Virus record (IMG/VR): IMGVR_UViG_3300029288_000115
Coordinates: 32,163-96,162 of that record
Direction: 5' to 3' (one strand)
Source of the DNA: a virus
Taxonomy: Duplodnaviria > Caudoviricetes
Length of the DNA: 64,000 bases
In this document: piece by piece, positions 20,318 to 30,727 of the stretch
How the letters are laid out: each line of letters opens with the position of its first letter
How positions within the stretch are numbered: position 1 is the stretch's first letter
Notes under the pieces: generated by a model
Told to the model about the DNA's origin: nothing
The model's input: only the letters and a program-made list of their open reading frames with translations
Database searches by the model: none
Made by a program: the position numbers and the translations under genes

Positions 20318-20881
20318 TTGGGTCCAATAGCTGAGCCTGGCTCATTTTGGATTTACTACCGATAACAAGAAAATTCTGTTTCAGCACCGGAGCAGGTTGT
20401 GGAGCTTCTTTTTTTGTATACCCCATTTTCTCTGCAAAATTAATTAATGCTGTATCTTCCTCTCGTAATTCCCCAATAATATTCTGCTTTAGCTCATATA
20501 TTTCAGCTTTATCCAAGACATTTGTCGTTGCCTCCTTACCACACTTAATACAAATATAACAAATCTTTCTTCGTTTTTGTTTAGCTTCCACAGTTGAGTT
20601 ACAACATAAGATAATCTTACCTGCTCTCTCTGGTCTAAAGTGCTTAACATATGCATCAAATGTCTTACTCTAGACTCGTAGCCCATAAGAATACACTGCA
20701 TCAAATCATTTGCCATTAAAAAGTCTACATCTCTACGCTCTCTTCCTTTAATCTTTTCAGCCACCCGTCTCACATAGCCAGCGTCTACTCCCAACTCTTC
20801 TACCACAGCAAGAATGTTTCCACGGTGTTTAAGATAAGAAATCTTTATTCTTTCATGTAACTTAAACTTTTCTATATTCAC
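20238..20881 (-). CDS. Probable terminase small subunit-like/HTH-Zn protein split by a frameshift (20489..20881 plus 20238..20591)
   Basis: N-terminal HTH-like segment; a -1 shift near 20610 gives S-L-CC...CIKC, a complete zinc site; directly upstream of terL. Confidence 0.45.
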
Positions 20882-21273
20882 GTAGCTCTCCTACCAAATC
20901 TTTTCAAAATTCTTCCCGTCTTCAAAAACTTCATCAACAAAGGCAATAAAGATTTTCTAGCCTTCCCCTCATCCTTCTCACCTTGATAGTAAAGCTCAAA
21001 CCCTAAACGTATAGGACAATCTCTCCAATAACATTTACAATAATTCTTTTTCTGTTTCTTCATTATGGCTCCCCTCTACTTTTCCTCGTCTGCTCAAGAT
21101 AATCAATAATTAAATTAACTGCTTTAACAAGATCAATAATATCAAGTTCTGCCTTCTTCAAGGTATAATTAGCAATAGGCGCATTCTCCTCCGAAAACCG
21201 TGAAGGCAACTTGGGGTTGGCCTGTCGCCTCCGTAGTGGCTGCACAAATATATCTACAATTTTCTTACGCAAC

Positions 21274-21654
21274 TTAGTCGTTGATAGCATCTTCAATCAC
21301 CTGAAACCCTATAACTTCATCATCAGTTGCCGAATGCGCTAAAACTACGTGCTTCTGATACAGTAACTCAATCTTTTGATTAGCACGACAGGTTTCCAAT
21401 AGTCTTTCTTTTAACTCAGCGCTAGTATTTAAAATAGCATATTGTTCTGGTTCGCTTTGCATAGACGAATATGTTCCAGTTTCAACTCTAAACCACACAG
21501 TATCCCAACCAAAGACAACCGAGGTGTCCTCCACGGTTGTTACATAGCCAACAGTACTACCCTGTCCGTGTGTCCAACAACCCGACAACAAAGGTAATAT
21601 TAATAAAATAAGTAAAAACTTCTTCATATTAATCCTCCTTCCAAATCTTTCCAT
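21274..21654 (-). CDS. Predicted lipoprotein
   Basis: MKKFLLILLILPLLSGC lipobox. Confidence 0.7.
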   Translation of the reverse strand: MERFGRRINMKKFLLILLILPLLSGCWTHGQGSTVGYVTTVEDTSVVFGWDTVWFRVETGTYSSMQSEPEQYAILNTSAELKERLLETCRANQKIELLYQKHVVLAHSATDDEVIGFQVIEDAIND

Positions 21655-22207
21655 TCCATAGTTTATTATAATTCTTATGCATTACAAACATAAGCCAAAG
21701 TTTTTCCATTGATAATGGCCCTAAACTTTCAATCATTATTCCAACCAATTTTTCCTCAATTCCATCCCAATAATTATACTCAGAACACCAATCAGAGAAA
21801 TCTTGAACTAACTGACTTAGAAAGGAATAACTTATCATTTCTTGCAATTGATCTTGACGAGGGAGCCAAAAAATTTCACTATATATTAAATCACCACAAT
21901 TAAGCTTATAATTTATTATGCCATCATTATCTGTAATTCCAATATAATCTTCACCAGACTGACAATTCATAGTCTCCCGCCAACTGTACCCCCGCTTCTT
22001 AAATTCATCTTCAAACTGCTTATAAAAAGAACTATTTAAACAATGATGATACTTTCCAACATAAAAGTCCCCAGCCTCCGAAGCTTTCCAGCTATCTTCA
22101 CCCTTGAAAATAATCCATGTATCCTGAATTTCTTTAGCCGCCTTACATAATAAAATATAGTTTTTAGAAATATCCATATCTCTAATCCAAAAGATTAACC
22201 AACCCAA
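21629..22207 (-). CDS. Hypothetical phage protein
   Basis: Contains WLPRQDQLQEM, a motif recurrent in phage hypotheticals. Confidence 0.55.
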   Translation of the reverse strand: MGWLIFWIRDMDISKNYILLCKAAKEIQDTWIIFKGEDSWKASEAGDFYVGKYHHCLNSSFYKQFEDEFKKRGYSWRETMNCQSGEDYIGITDNDGIINYKLNCGDLIYSEIFWLPRQDQLQEMISYSFLSQLVQDFSDWCSEYNYWDGIEEKLVGIMIESLGPLSMEKLWLMFVMHKNYNKLWNGKIWKED

Positions 22208-22412
22208 AAACTAAAATACCTGAAGCTATAATTCCTATTCCAATTAACCAACAAAACTTAGAAAGAACTAATAATACAAAGTCGTGTACAAGAATTCCAT
22301 CTGATGCGGACATTGATTTAATAAACCAAATAATTAAAATAATATTAGAAGCCACCCCAATCCAAACCATTAAAAAGCCAATAATCTTCTTAAATATCTT
22401 TCCCCTTATCAT
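22182..22412 (-). CDS. Small two-TM membrane protein
   Basis: Two hydrophobic segments. Confidence 0.55.
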   Translation of the reverse strand: MIRGKIFKKIIGFLMVWIGVASNIILIIWFIKSMSASDGILVHDFVLLVLSKFCWLIGIGIIASGILVFGLVNLLD

Positions 22413-22424
22413 AATTGTATCCCC

Positions 22425-23003
22425 CTACTTATCTATTGCTAATCCTAAAAGCTTTCTACGATAATACTCTGCAATTAATAAAGCGTCGCTTCTACCTTCT
22501 ATCATAACCGTCTTTCCTTCACGATTTGTTCTAGATAACTCTACTCCAGGAAATAATCTTAAAGCGGTCTGGTATGCCAAAAGCTTACTCTCCCCAACCT
22601 TTCCTTTAAAAAACTCTCTTTGCCACGTTCGGGGTGCAACTACATCATAAGGACATTCCAACATTTCAACCATTCCAATAATCAACATATATCCAGCTCC
22701 TAAAGACCAAGAAGCAATAGACGAACCCCCTAAAATTTTAGGCATTGGAAATGTCTCTTCAATGACAATAGTAATCTTCTTAGCCTCGGTCACAAAAGAG
22801 CCTGTACCTGTTTGCATTGTAACTGGACTAGACAACTTAGAAATTAAATCCTTTAAAATTTTGACTAAATGCTTAAAATCATACTTTATTTTTCCAAAAG
22901 CTGTTATTATTGGCATATTTATTAAATCTACAACCGAACCCTCCTTATCAATAGTGGCCATTGCGCCCCTTAATCCTGTATCAACTCCAATTATATAAGA
23001 CAT
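22425..23003 (-). CDS. RuvC-like Holliday junction resolvase
   Basis: IIGVDTG, VIEE, VAPRTW, RSDALLIA motifs. Confidence 0.85.
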   Translation of the reverse strand: MSYIIGVDTGLRGAMATIDKEGSVVDLINMPIITAFGKIKYDFKHLVKILKDLISKLSSPVTMQTGTGSFVTEAKKITIVIEETFPMPKILGGSSIASWSLGAGYMLIIGMVEMLECPYDVVAPRTWQREFFKGKVGESKLLAYQTALRLFPGVELSRTNREGKTVMIEGRSDALLIAEYYRRKLLGLAIDK

Positions 23004-23498
23004 TTACTCCTCCAAAATTCCTTTTACATCCTTCTCTCCCATATATGCTACATCATAATATAAACCAAAAGTGTTTCTTAAAGAAACCTTCCAAGGTACG
23101 TCTTTATCATAACAAACCCTATCTCCAACCTTCAATTCCATAGAAATAAATCGACGTTTACTTTGATCATAATACCCACGACCGGCGGCCAAAATCGTTC
23201 CAAACCCAAAAGTTTCTTCTCTAAAGGCTTCTGGAATAAATATTCCACCAGAGGATTTTTCTGGAACCGGATCAGGCCAAATAAAAACACGATCTAATGT
23301 GGGTTTATATGGAAAATACATACCTCCACATAAGTCACAATAAAAAGGAATTTTAAACGTTGATACCAAAAGACTCTCCTTATTATCTATAGGACGATAC
23401 ACAATATCAGGACTAATGGTTTCAGCATTCTCTACACTCTTATTAACCGGCTTCTTGCATCTTGGGCATAAATCCACAATAGGATTTTCCATAATCAT
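23004..23498 (-). CDS. groES: GroES-like co-chaperonin with N-terminal CxxC..CxxC extension
   Basis: KPTLDRV, KSSGGIFIP, GTILAAGRG, LKVGDRV, EKDVKGIL motifs. Confidence 0.85.
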   Translation of the reverse strand: MIMENPIVDLCPRCKKPVNKSVENAETISPDIVYRPIDNKESLLVSTFKIPFYCDLCGGMYFPYKPTLDRVFIWPDPVPEKSSGGIFIPEAFREETFGFGTILAAGRGYYDQSKRRFISMELKVGDRVCYDKDVPWKVSLRNTFGLYYDVAYMGEKDVKGILEE

Positions 23499-24121
23499 TT
23501 CTCCATATTCTTATCTTCTAAACTCTCACGACAAAAGGTTGCAATAAATACGTCATTAGGAAATCGACCTTTTAATACCTGTACTATTTCATTAAAGGCT
23601 ACCGAAACTAACTCTAAGGCTTTTTCCCTTCCGTGTCCCTTTCCTTTGGGAAATAGTCGATTTAAGTGACTACCCAATATCTGCATTAAAGAACTCTTAA
23701 GCTCAGTCCCAACACCCAAAGGTATAGGACTTGCCAAAAATAAATATTCAACTTCAAATATCGGTTGATTTTCAACATCTACTCTAGCCCTTCCAAAAAA
23801 AGATAATTTAAAAAGATCATCAAAGTTTTCTCCTTCACAATCCTTGAGTATCTCCTTAACATTCTTATCAACCACCCTAAGAGTCACAGTTAAATCATCA
23901 TTAACTTTAGCAAAACCGATCAGGGCCTTGGGAAGTCCAGACTCTCCTAAAGTCGCTTGATCATATACTGGAAGTAATTTTCCTTTCAACTGATCCATAA
24001 CATTCTTTACCCTTAAAATATGATTCGTGCTTTTCAAAACCTTTGGATCCAAAAAAGGATATTTTGACTTAACCTCCAATCCTTTAGCCTGTTCAAAGAG
24101 TTCCTTTGTCACTTCCATCAT
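23495..24121 (-). CDS. Hypothetical protein
   Basis: Translationally coupled ORF. Confidence 0.55.
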   Translation of the reverse strand: MMEVTKELFEQAKGLEVKSKYPFLDPKVLKSTNHILRVKNVMDQLKGKLLPVYDQATLGESGLPKALIGFAKVNDDLTVTLRVVDKNVKEILKDCEGENFDDLFKLSFFGRARVDVENQPIFEVEYLFLASPIPLGVGTELKSSLMQILGSHLNRLFPKGKGHGREKALELVSVAFNEIVQVLKGRFPNDVFIATFCRESLEDKNMEK

Positions 24122-24487
24122 CTACCTCCTTTTCTTTTTTATATCTTCAAAATCTCGATTAATAAACTGAGTAACCACCTTCTTTATTTGCTTTTTAATA
24201 AACTTTAATTCCGTGAGATTTCGAGCAAAGTAAGAACAAGTTGTTTGCTTATCACTATATAAATAACAACTCCAACTTAAACCATACAAATTACCATTAA
24301 TATAACTATAAGGTAAACCTAAAGACTCCAAATCTGCGTCACAATACTTTTCACAAGGTTCTTCCGCCCGTAAAGTTATTGCATGCAAAACAGCATTATC
24401 AGAGGCCGTAAATACTTCAATCTCATAAACAACACCTTTAAAAATTGTTGATATTACAAACTTCTTTTTCTGTATTGGATTTTTCAT
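24122..24487 (-). CDS. Hypothetical protein
   Basis: Coupled ORF. Confidence 0.5.
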   Translation of the reverse strand: MKNPIQKKKFVISTIFKGVVYEIEVFTASDNAVLHAITLRAEEPCEKYCDADLESLGLPYSYINGNLYGLSWSCYLYSDKQTTCSYFARNLTELKFIKKQIKKVVTQFINRDFEDIKKKRR

Positions 24488-27461
24488 TAACCTCTCCAGT
24501 ATCTAAATAACTAATTCCGTTTTCCTTTCTAACCTTCCAAATACTATTACAATAGCTTTCCAAATCCTTAAAATGAGAAATCACCAAAACCGCTTTAGTC
24601 ATTCCCTCTTCATATAAAACGTTTCCAATCGACTCTTCACCGGCCTTATCTAAAAATGCAAATAACTCATCAAAAATTACCATACCTAAAAGTCCATTAG
24701 CAATATCATTTCTCTTTGCAATCCATGTATTCAAAGACAGACATACAGCAAAATCAACCCGCCGCTTCTCGCCACCAGACAGACTCTCATACCCAACCAC
24801 ATCACTTCCTATATAAATATCCATGCCTATTTTATTCCTTTCATCCCCGGACTTCAATTGCATAGTTGGACGTATAACAATATTCATTAAACCATTAGAT
24901 ACTGAAGCTAAGTATGGATTTACTATCTGATTAAACTCATTACAAAATCCATCCAATAATAAAGCACGAATACCTTTAGACGAAAAAGCAAACTTCCAAA
25001 AGTCCAACATTTTAATCTCTTCATTAATCTTAGTCGTCTTCTTTGGGAGTTCACCCAACTCCAAATTCTTTTGCTCTAACTCTTCGTCTATTGCGTCCTT
25101 TCTTTTCCTATACTCGTTTAATTGTTCTAAAGTATTATCTAGACTCAACTTATGATAGCGTAAGGATACCTGATAAGCTGAAATTCTTTCTAACAATTGA
25201 GTCTTTTTTATTGAGACTTCTTGGAGTTTTTCCTTTTCTTTTTCTTTTTCTTCGCAAAGAGCAACTTGGTGTTGTTTTACTTCCAAAACTTTTCTATTAA
25301 GTTCCTCCTCCATCGTCCTTATATCTTGCAGAGTCTTACCATTTTTCTCAGATGCTAAATGCGTTGATTCTAATAATAAAATTACCTTTTTAATCTTTTC
25401 CTCTATCCTCCCAATCTGTTCATAATAGTCTTCAACAAAACTACTCACGTTAGATTTTTCAATCTTTGCGCCACATTTATCACATATAGCACCAATTTCC
25501 AGCTTTTCCGCGGAGCTTATTAGAGCCCTAACCCTATCAATTTCTTGCTCAGCATACTTAATATCGAACTCATATCCAGTAGCATCTTTAATTATCTTAT
25601 TTTTTTCTGTTTGGCAATCTTCAAGCCTCTTTCGGTACTTCTTCAAACTCTGAGTTAAAGACTCCTCAGCATCTTTCATGCTCTTCAAATCGGCATCAAT
25701 CTCACTAAAATCTTGGGCTGTGGTAGAAGGTAATAAAAGTATTTGTTCATTATAATTCTTTAAACCAATCTCTAACTCGTATATGGTATCCTTAATTCTT
25801 TTAATCTGCTCATTACAAATATTAAGATTCTGCTCCTGGTCTTTTACCCTGCATAACACCCCTTGAATATCCATTAATAAAAGCTTTTCCACCTGTTGCA
25901 GCTCATCTAAATTAATATTCAAACCTTTTATTCGGTCAAAAATGCTTTCATATAACTCATCATAAATTTCAAATCCCAAAAGACGCGTTATCATTGCGGT
26001 GCGATCAGCGTCACCCATAGCTGTAAGCATCTTCAATGCTTCCTGACTAAAATAACAAGATGATAAAAACACATCTCTATCAAAGCCAAGGATTTGTTGT
26101 TCCAAGGCCGTCTGCTTATCCACCTCTCTCATACCTTCAAATAAATCTACAGGGTTCTCATCTTCAGATAAATTATACCTAATAACCTCCAAGCCCGTAA
26201 CCCTTGAACGTGTAATCTTATAAGCACACGAAGATTCTGTATCATTAACTAACGTTATAGATACCTGACAATCTTTTTCTCCGCGTCTAATTACGTCCTT
26301 ACCTGTGAGACCAGTCGTTGTGGAACCAAATAAACACCAATAAATAGCCTCCCCAAATAGAGAAGACTTACCTGAACCATTAGAATTAAACTCTCCAAGG
26401 CTATTTCCCTCAATTAAAACAAAACCGTTTGTTAACTCATAAGAGGCCTCGCCAACAGATTTAAAATTTTTAACGTGTACAAACTTTAACTTTCCTTTAA
26501 ATATTGTTTGAAAAGATATAACCTTCTCTGTTATCAAATCTTTAATAGATTCCAAATATGTTTGATCGACACCCTTCAAACTCATCCATTGCAATAATAT
26601 CTCACTAAAACTTTGAGCCTTAATCCTTTCCTCAAAGAACTCAGGTACTATACTACTAATCACATTATCCATCTCCACTCTTTTATTCACACCTAAAATA
26701 CGATAATAATTCTTTGTATCGACCTTTATGGCCAACCAGTCAATATCGTCTTTACCCTCCTCATTAATCGTTTTAAACTCCGGATAATCCAATTTTATAA
26801 ATTGAGGAATACCGCCATCATAAATATAAACTCCTCTATCACCCTCATCACCAAAAGTTAAATGCATCGGCGACCCTACCACTATACAATTTGGTGCTAG
26901 TTCTTGTCGCTGATGGATATGCCCAAACCACACCGACTTATTCTTCTCAATTAATCTACGCCAATATACGCCTTCAGAAAACTCATGTTGCCCAACTCTA
27001 GCACCAATAGGAGTCTTATGCAAAACTAAGATATCAAAGCCAACAAGCTCTTCATAATTTACTGGCTCGTTATAGCTAATTAATCTTACTTTATCATTAA
27101 AAATATTAGAGTCTTTTTTAAATATCCAACCAGCGTCCTGAAACCATTTCGGATTCACTCTGTCAATTAAATCATGGTTTCCAGAACAAATATTATATTG
27201 AACATTAATACTATGTAATCTCCAAAAAAACTGATAGGCTATATTTAAACATTCCACAGGCACAGTACCAACAGGATGAAATAAATCTGCCAAAAATAAA
27301 ACTCTAGTCACTTGATGATCTTTACAAAGCTGAATAATCTGGTCTAAAACGGACAACTGTTCTTTAAGCCGACGAGACATCCCGGTTGCCGTATCTAAAC
27401 CAAAAGACTTCCACGTGTTTAAATGTAAATCAGAAAATAATAAATATTTATCTTTTAACAT
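24438..27461 (-). CDS. Fused SbcD(Mre11/gp47)-SbcC(Rad50/gp46) recombination nuclease
   Basis: SDLH, GNHD, GHIH phosphoesterase motifs; NGSGKSS Walker A, CDKCG zinc hook, LSGGEK signature, IFDE Walker B, ISH. Confidence 0.92.
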   Translation of the reverse strand: MLKDKYLLFSDLHLNTWKSFGLDTATGMSRRLKEQLSVLDQIIQLCKDHQVTRVLFLADLFHPVGTVPVECLNIAYQFFWRLHSINVQYNICSGNHDLIDRVNPKWFQDAGWIFKKDSNIFNDKVRLISYNEPVNYEELVGFDILVLHKTPIGARVGQHEFSEGVYWRRLIEKNKSVWFGHIHQRQELAPNCIVVGSPMHLTFGDEGDRGVYIYDGGIPQFIKLDYPEFKTINEEGKDDIDWLAIKVDTKNYYRILGVNKRVEMDNVISSIVPEFFEERIKAQSFSEILLQWMSLKGVDQTYLESIKDLITEKVISFQTIFKGKLKFVHVKNFKSVGEASYELTNGFVLIEGNSLGEFNSNGSGKSSLFGEAIYWCLFGSTTTGLTGKDVIRRGEKDCQVSITLVNDTESSCAYKITRSRVTGLEVIRYNLSEDENPVDLFEGMREVDKQTALEQQILGFDRDVFLSSCYFSQEALKMLTAMGDADRTAMITRLLGFEIYDELYESIFDRIKGLNINLDELQQVEKLLLMDIQGVLCRVKDQEQNLNICNEQIKRIKDTIYELEIGLKNYNEQILLLPSTTAQDFSEIDADLKSMKDAEESLTQSLKKYRKRLEDCQTEKNKIIKDATGYEFDIKYAEQEIDRVRALISSAEKLEIGAICDKCGAKIEKSNVSSFVEDYYEQIGRIEEKIKKVILLLESTHLASEKNGKTLQDIRTMEEELNRKVLEVKQHQVALCEEKEKEKEKLQEVSIKKTQLLERISAYQVSLRYHKLSLDNTLEQLNEYRKRKDAIDEELEQKNLELGELPKKTTKINEEIKMLDFWKFAFSSKGIRALLLDGFCNEFNQIVNPYLASVSNGLMNIVIRPTMQLKSGDERNKIGMDIYIGSDVVGYESLSGGEKRRVDFAVCLSLNTWIAKRNDIANGLLGMVIFDELFAFLDKAGEESIGNVLYEEGMTKAVLVISHFKDLESYCNSIWKVRKENGISYLDTGEVNEKSNTEKEVCNINNF

Positions 27462-27970
27462 CCAGACCTCTTATTCTCTACCTCAGACTTCTCATATAAA
27501 AAATAATCTAAATTCAAACCACTATTTGTCCCAGAAGAATAGATCTCCAAAATCTTTACAACAGGCTCTGGATAGGCTAAATTCAAAATAAAAGCCTTAA
27601 CCTCATAAATATTCTCTGACTCAGAAAGAATATTAATAATCCGTAGCTTTTTCTTTACATACTTCAAAGCCCTTTTTCCATGAACTAAAACATCAAAAGA
27701 GTCAACAGGCTTGCCTTCTAAATCAGAAACAATTTCAGAAGTGTTCTCAGTAATATAAGCCAAAGCTAAATAAATAGAATCATTAAATTCTTCAAAAAGC
27801 CTTTTTATTGTTCCATCCTTAAATCCTTCCCAAGTCCCAGGAACGCTTACAACATATCTATTTCCAAAATGAGCAATCCAATCCCTCTCAAATAACTCTT
27901 GAACCCAACCTGGGATAGTAGGCTTTTCTTGGGCTTTTACTACAATCTCTACTCTTAGTTCTCCATCCAT
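27455..27970 (-). CDS. Hypothetical protein
   Basis: Coupled ORF downstream of pncB. Confidence 0.55.
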   Translation of the reverse strand: MDGELRVEIVVKAQEKPTIPGWVQELFERDWIAHFGNRYVVSVPGTWEGFKDGTIKRLFEEFNDSIYLALAYITENTSEIVSDLEGKPVDSFDVLVHGKRALKYVKKKLRIINILSESENIYEVKAFILNLAYPEPVVKILEIYSSGTNSGLNLDYFLYEKSEVENKRSGC

Positions 27971-27971
27971 A

Positions 27972-29111
27972 TCAATCCTTTCTCACCAAAGTTTTTCTAC
28001 CAAAATATCCACCCTCCAAATGCATCTGCATTGGCTTATAACCACGACCCACCTTTGCACAAGGCCTCCAACCCTCCTCAGCCTTTATTGAAACTATATC
28101 TGCAGTAAAATCAAAATTTCCATTAAACATTGAAGAACCAACCCCATAAGCATCAACAGGTGCTCCAGCCTTTTCGAACTCTGTAATTTTCTCTGGAGAA
28201 AAACCCCCACTAACAATAATTTTTATATTATTAAACCCAGCCTCATCTAAAGCCCTTCTAACCTTTTTAACCAGCTGAACATTTACTCCACAAGGATTTT
28301 TTACGTCCGTACCCAGCTCTATAGATTTATCAACCATATTACCAGAAGTGTCTAATCGAACACCCCGTAACTTATACCTATTATTACCATTCGTCTCTTT
28401 ATACTTTTCCCACATGGCCCAAGCAACCTTCAAGGATGTCTTAACACAATCATTATCAAAATCAACTAAGGCCACCCTATCTATAGTGGGGTCAATATAC
28501 TCTGCAAATTTTAGGGTTGCTTTAACAGTATCACCACCATAAGCCGCAATTAATCCGTGAGGGATCGTACCAACCCCTTTCTCACCAAAAGTCGACGCTT
28601 GGGCATCAGTTGATACACCCCCACCTGTTCCCATTACGACCTTTCTTGCAACGTTGTAAGCGTAACCGTCTGCTACCTGATTCTCATAGCGATCGAACCG
28701 AGCGGGAAAAAATAATATAGGTTTCATCTCGCTCATATTATCCACGAGTGTTGCCATAAAACAACGATAAACATTTGTTGCTACCCTTGTCCCTCGAGCC
28801 AAGATGCCCAAATACTTGGTTTCTAAATGTGCAAAGGTCGAATAATCTCCTTCAATCAGCATTACAGTCTCAAAGGCCTCAACAATAGTTCCCTCTAAAA
28901 GGCTCTCTACTCTTAATGGGGGTTGTACATCAGATAGGAGATTGATTACCTCATTAATTCCACACAGGCACGCCTTATCATTTCGTTGAAAAATCTGCAT
29001 TCTAACAATAGGACAGGATAAATCCTTTTCCAAGATTTCTTTTGTCCTATTGAAATACTGATCAGAATACCAATCCGGTCTTAAATTAAGCGCTAGATCC
29101 TTACCCACCAT
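27972..29111 (-). CDS. pncB: Nicotinate phosphoribosyltransferase (PncB/type II PRTase)
   Basis: SDxYF, LETKYLG, GTIPHGLI, LVDFDND, GVRLDTS, IIVSGGF, DAYGVGS motifs. Confidence 0.85.
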   Translation of the reverse strand: MVGKDLALNLRPDWYSDQYFNRTKEILEKDLSCPIVRMQIFQRNDKACLCGINEVINLLSDVQPPLRVESLLEGTIVEAFETVMLIEGDYSTFAHLETKYLGILARGTRVATNVYRCFMATLVDNMSEMKPILFFPARFDRYENQVADGYAYNVARKVVMGTGGGVSTDAQASTFGEKGVGTIPHGLIAAYGGDTVKATLKFAEYIDPTIDRVALVDFDNDCVKTSLKVAWAMWEKYKETNGNNRYKLRGVRLDTSGNMVDKSIELGTDVKNPCGVNVQLVKKVRRALDEAGFNNIKIIVSGGFSPEKITEFEKAGAPVDAYGVGSSMFNGNFDFTADIVSIKAEEGWRPCAKVGRGYKPMQMHLEGGYFGRKTLVRKD

Positions 29112-29125
29112 AGATTACTCCGTCC

Positions 29126-29776
29126 TTACTCAATTATGAAATTAGATACAAAATGTGCTCCAGCATTCTTCATCTCAACTATTGCTGCTTTAGCCGCTTT
29201 AGCCTCAACCCCGCGAATCATAGACTCAATTACCGAAACTTTATAACCATATTTAAGAAAGCCTAAAACCGCAGCCTTCACACAATACTCCGTCGCAACT
29301 CCAAATATATAAACGTCTGAAACATTAAATTGCTCATTTGCAAGTTTTAAAGCATCTATCAACAGAGGATTTGTAAAAACATCAAACGTTTGCTTTTCAA
29401 AAAATACTGGAAGCCAATCCGTTGTTAGCCCCAAAGGTCCCACAAGCTCCACGGGATTAGTACTGATAGACCTAAAGACAGAAATATTTTGATATATCTC
29501 ATCAATAAGACTTACTCCCATCGTTCCGCGTATACAATGTGGTGGAAACCTTTTAAACTCTGGGTCATTATGCATATGATAATCCATTGAACCCCAAAGA
29601 GGTATTCCGTTCTCTCTAGCGTGCCGCACCAACATAGCAATACCGGTCTTTATCTTCCTTGCTCCAGGGACATAAAGGGAACCACTTGGATTCATAAAGT
29701 CATTTTGTACATCTACAGCAAAAAACATTTTCATACTAATTCCCCACTTTCCTTCTATATAAATTACCAGCGGCAT
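29126..29776 (-). CDS. pncA: Nicotinamidase/isochorismatase-family hydrolase (likely start near MKMFF)
   Basis: VDVQNDF, GSLYV, DYH, FPPHC, EK, GVATEYCV motifs. Confidence 0.88.
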   Translation of the reverse strand: MPLVIYIEGKWGISMKMFFAVDVQNDFMNPSGSLYVPGARKIKTGIAMLVRHARENGIPLWGSMDYHMHNDPEFKRFPPHCIRGTMGVSLIDEIYQNISVFRSISTNPVELVGPLGLTTDWLPVFFEKQTFDVFTNPLLIDALKLANEQFNVSDVYIFGVATEYCVKAAVLGFLKYGYKVSVIESMIRGVEAKAAKAAIVEMKNAGAHFVSNFIIE

Positions 29777-30140
29777 AAGCCTTCTCTGTTTCCCAAACTT
29801 TTACTTCCAAACCAGTCCAATCAACATTCTGCACAGCAAACTCCATAGATAATTGATTTAAAAATTCTTCTACCAAATTTTCGGCGGTGGGTATCCCCTC
29901 AAAAACGTTATTGAGATTATGATGATCATATTTTCTAAGAATAGATTTTATTACTTCAAAATTAACAATCATACCGGTCTCATTGTTCACTTCTCCTTCA
30001 ATATCAACTTCAATTTTAAAATTATGCCCATGCACATCCTCATAACATTTCCCAAAGGTGTTTTTATTCCACCTCCCATCTTTCTCTGGATTGTATAGCC
30101 TATGTGCAATAGCTATAGTATCTTCTAAATGTATTTTCAT
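29736..30140 (-). CDS. queD: 6-carboxytetrahydropterin synthase
   Basis: AHRL, CxxVHGHNF, DH, PTAEN, VWET. Confidence 0.92.
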   Translation of the reverse strand: MKIHLEDTIAIAHRLYNPEKDGRWNKNTFGKCYEDVHGHNFKIEVDIEGEVNNETGMIVNFEVIKSILRKYDHHNLNNVFEGIPTAENLVEEFLNQLSMEFAVQNVDWTGLEVKVWETEKAYAAGNLYRRKVGN

Positions 30141-30727
30141 TCTCTACCTCCTGCTAATAACTTAGGATTCACATAAGATTTAAACTTCTTATCACACGTA
30201 GGAATTAATTCAATATCACTGTCTACTTCGTTTCCCCAAGCATCCCAACCTTCTATTTTTTGTCTTGCAAATAATTCTATTCTTGGTTCTAACCGCGTCA
30301 TCTCTATAATTGTTCTAGCATAGTCAGGCTTTTGAGAATGTACTCTAGCCACATCCTTAAAATAATTAGGAATTTGTAAACCAAAAGCCTTAACCTCTCC
30401 TTTCACACCTAACCATAACTCTTCAATCACACCTCTAAACCAAAACCCCATTCCTAATCTACCCATCTTTCTCCAATATATTTTTGTTTTATACGTATAA
30501 CCCCAAGCCTTCATAACCTCCATAGCCTCTTCTTGCATTGGGCATGTTACCCATAGAAATAACACAGAATTATTACTCATAATATTCTGAATTGGTAAAG
30601 ACATAATCTGCTCAAGAGTCATTGTAGAATAACCTAACTCATATTTATGATTATAAGACCATGGGGGATCAGCATAAACCACTTTATATTTCTTATATTT
30701 ATCGACACCATTCTCAGTAACCATCAA
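30137..30727 (-). CDS. MT-A70 family adenine methyltransferase
   Basis: ADPPW, LFLW, AWG, HSQKP, IELFAR, GWDAWGNE. Confidence 0.92.
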   Translation of the reverse strand: MMVTENGVDKYKKYKVVYADPPWSYNHKYELGYSTMTLEQIMSLPIQNIMSNNSVLFLWVTCPMQEEAMEVMKAWGYTYKTKIYWRKMGRLGMGFWFRGVIEELWLGVKGEVKAFGLQIPNYFKDVARVHSQKPDYARTIIEMTRLEPRIELFARQKIEGWDAWGNEVDSDIELIPTCDKKFKSYVNPKLLAGGRE

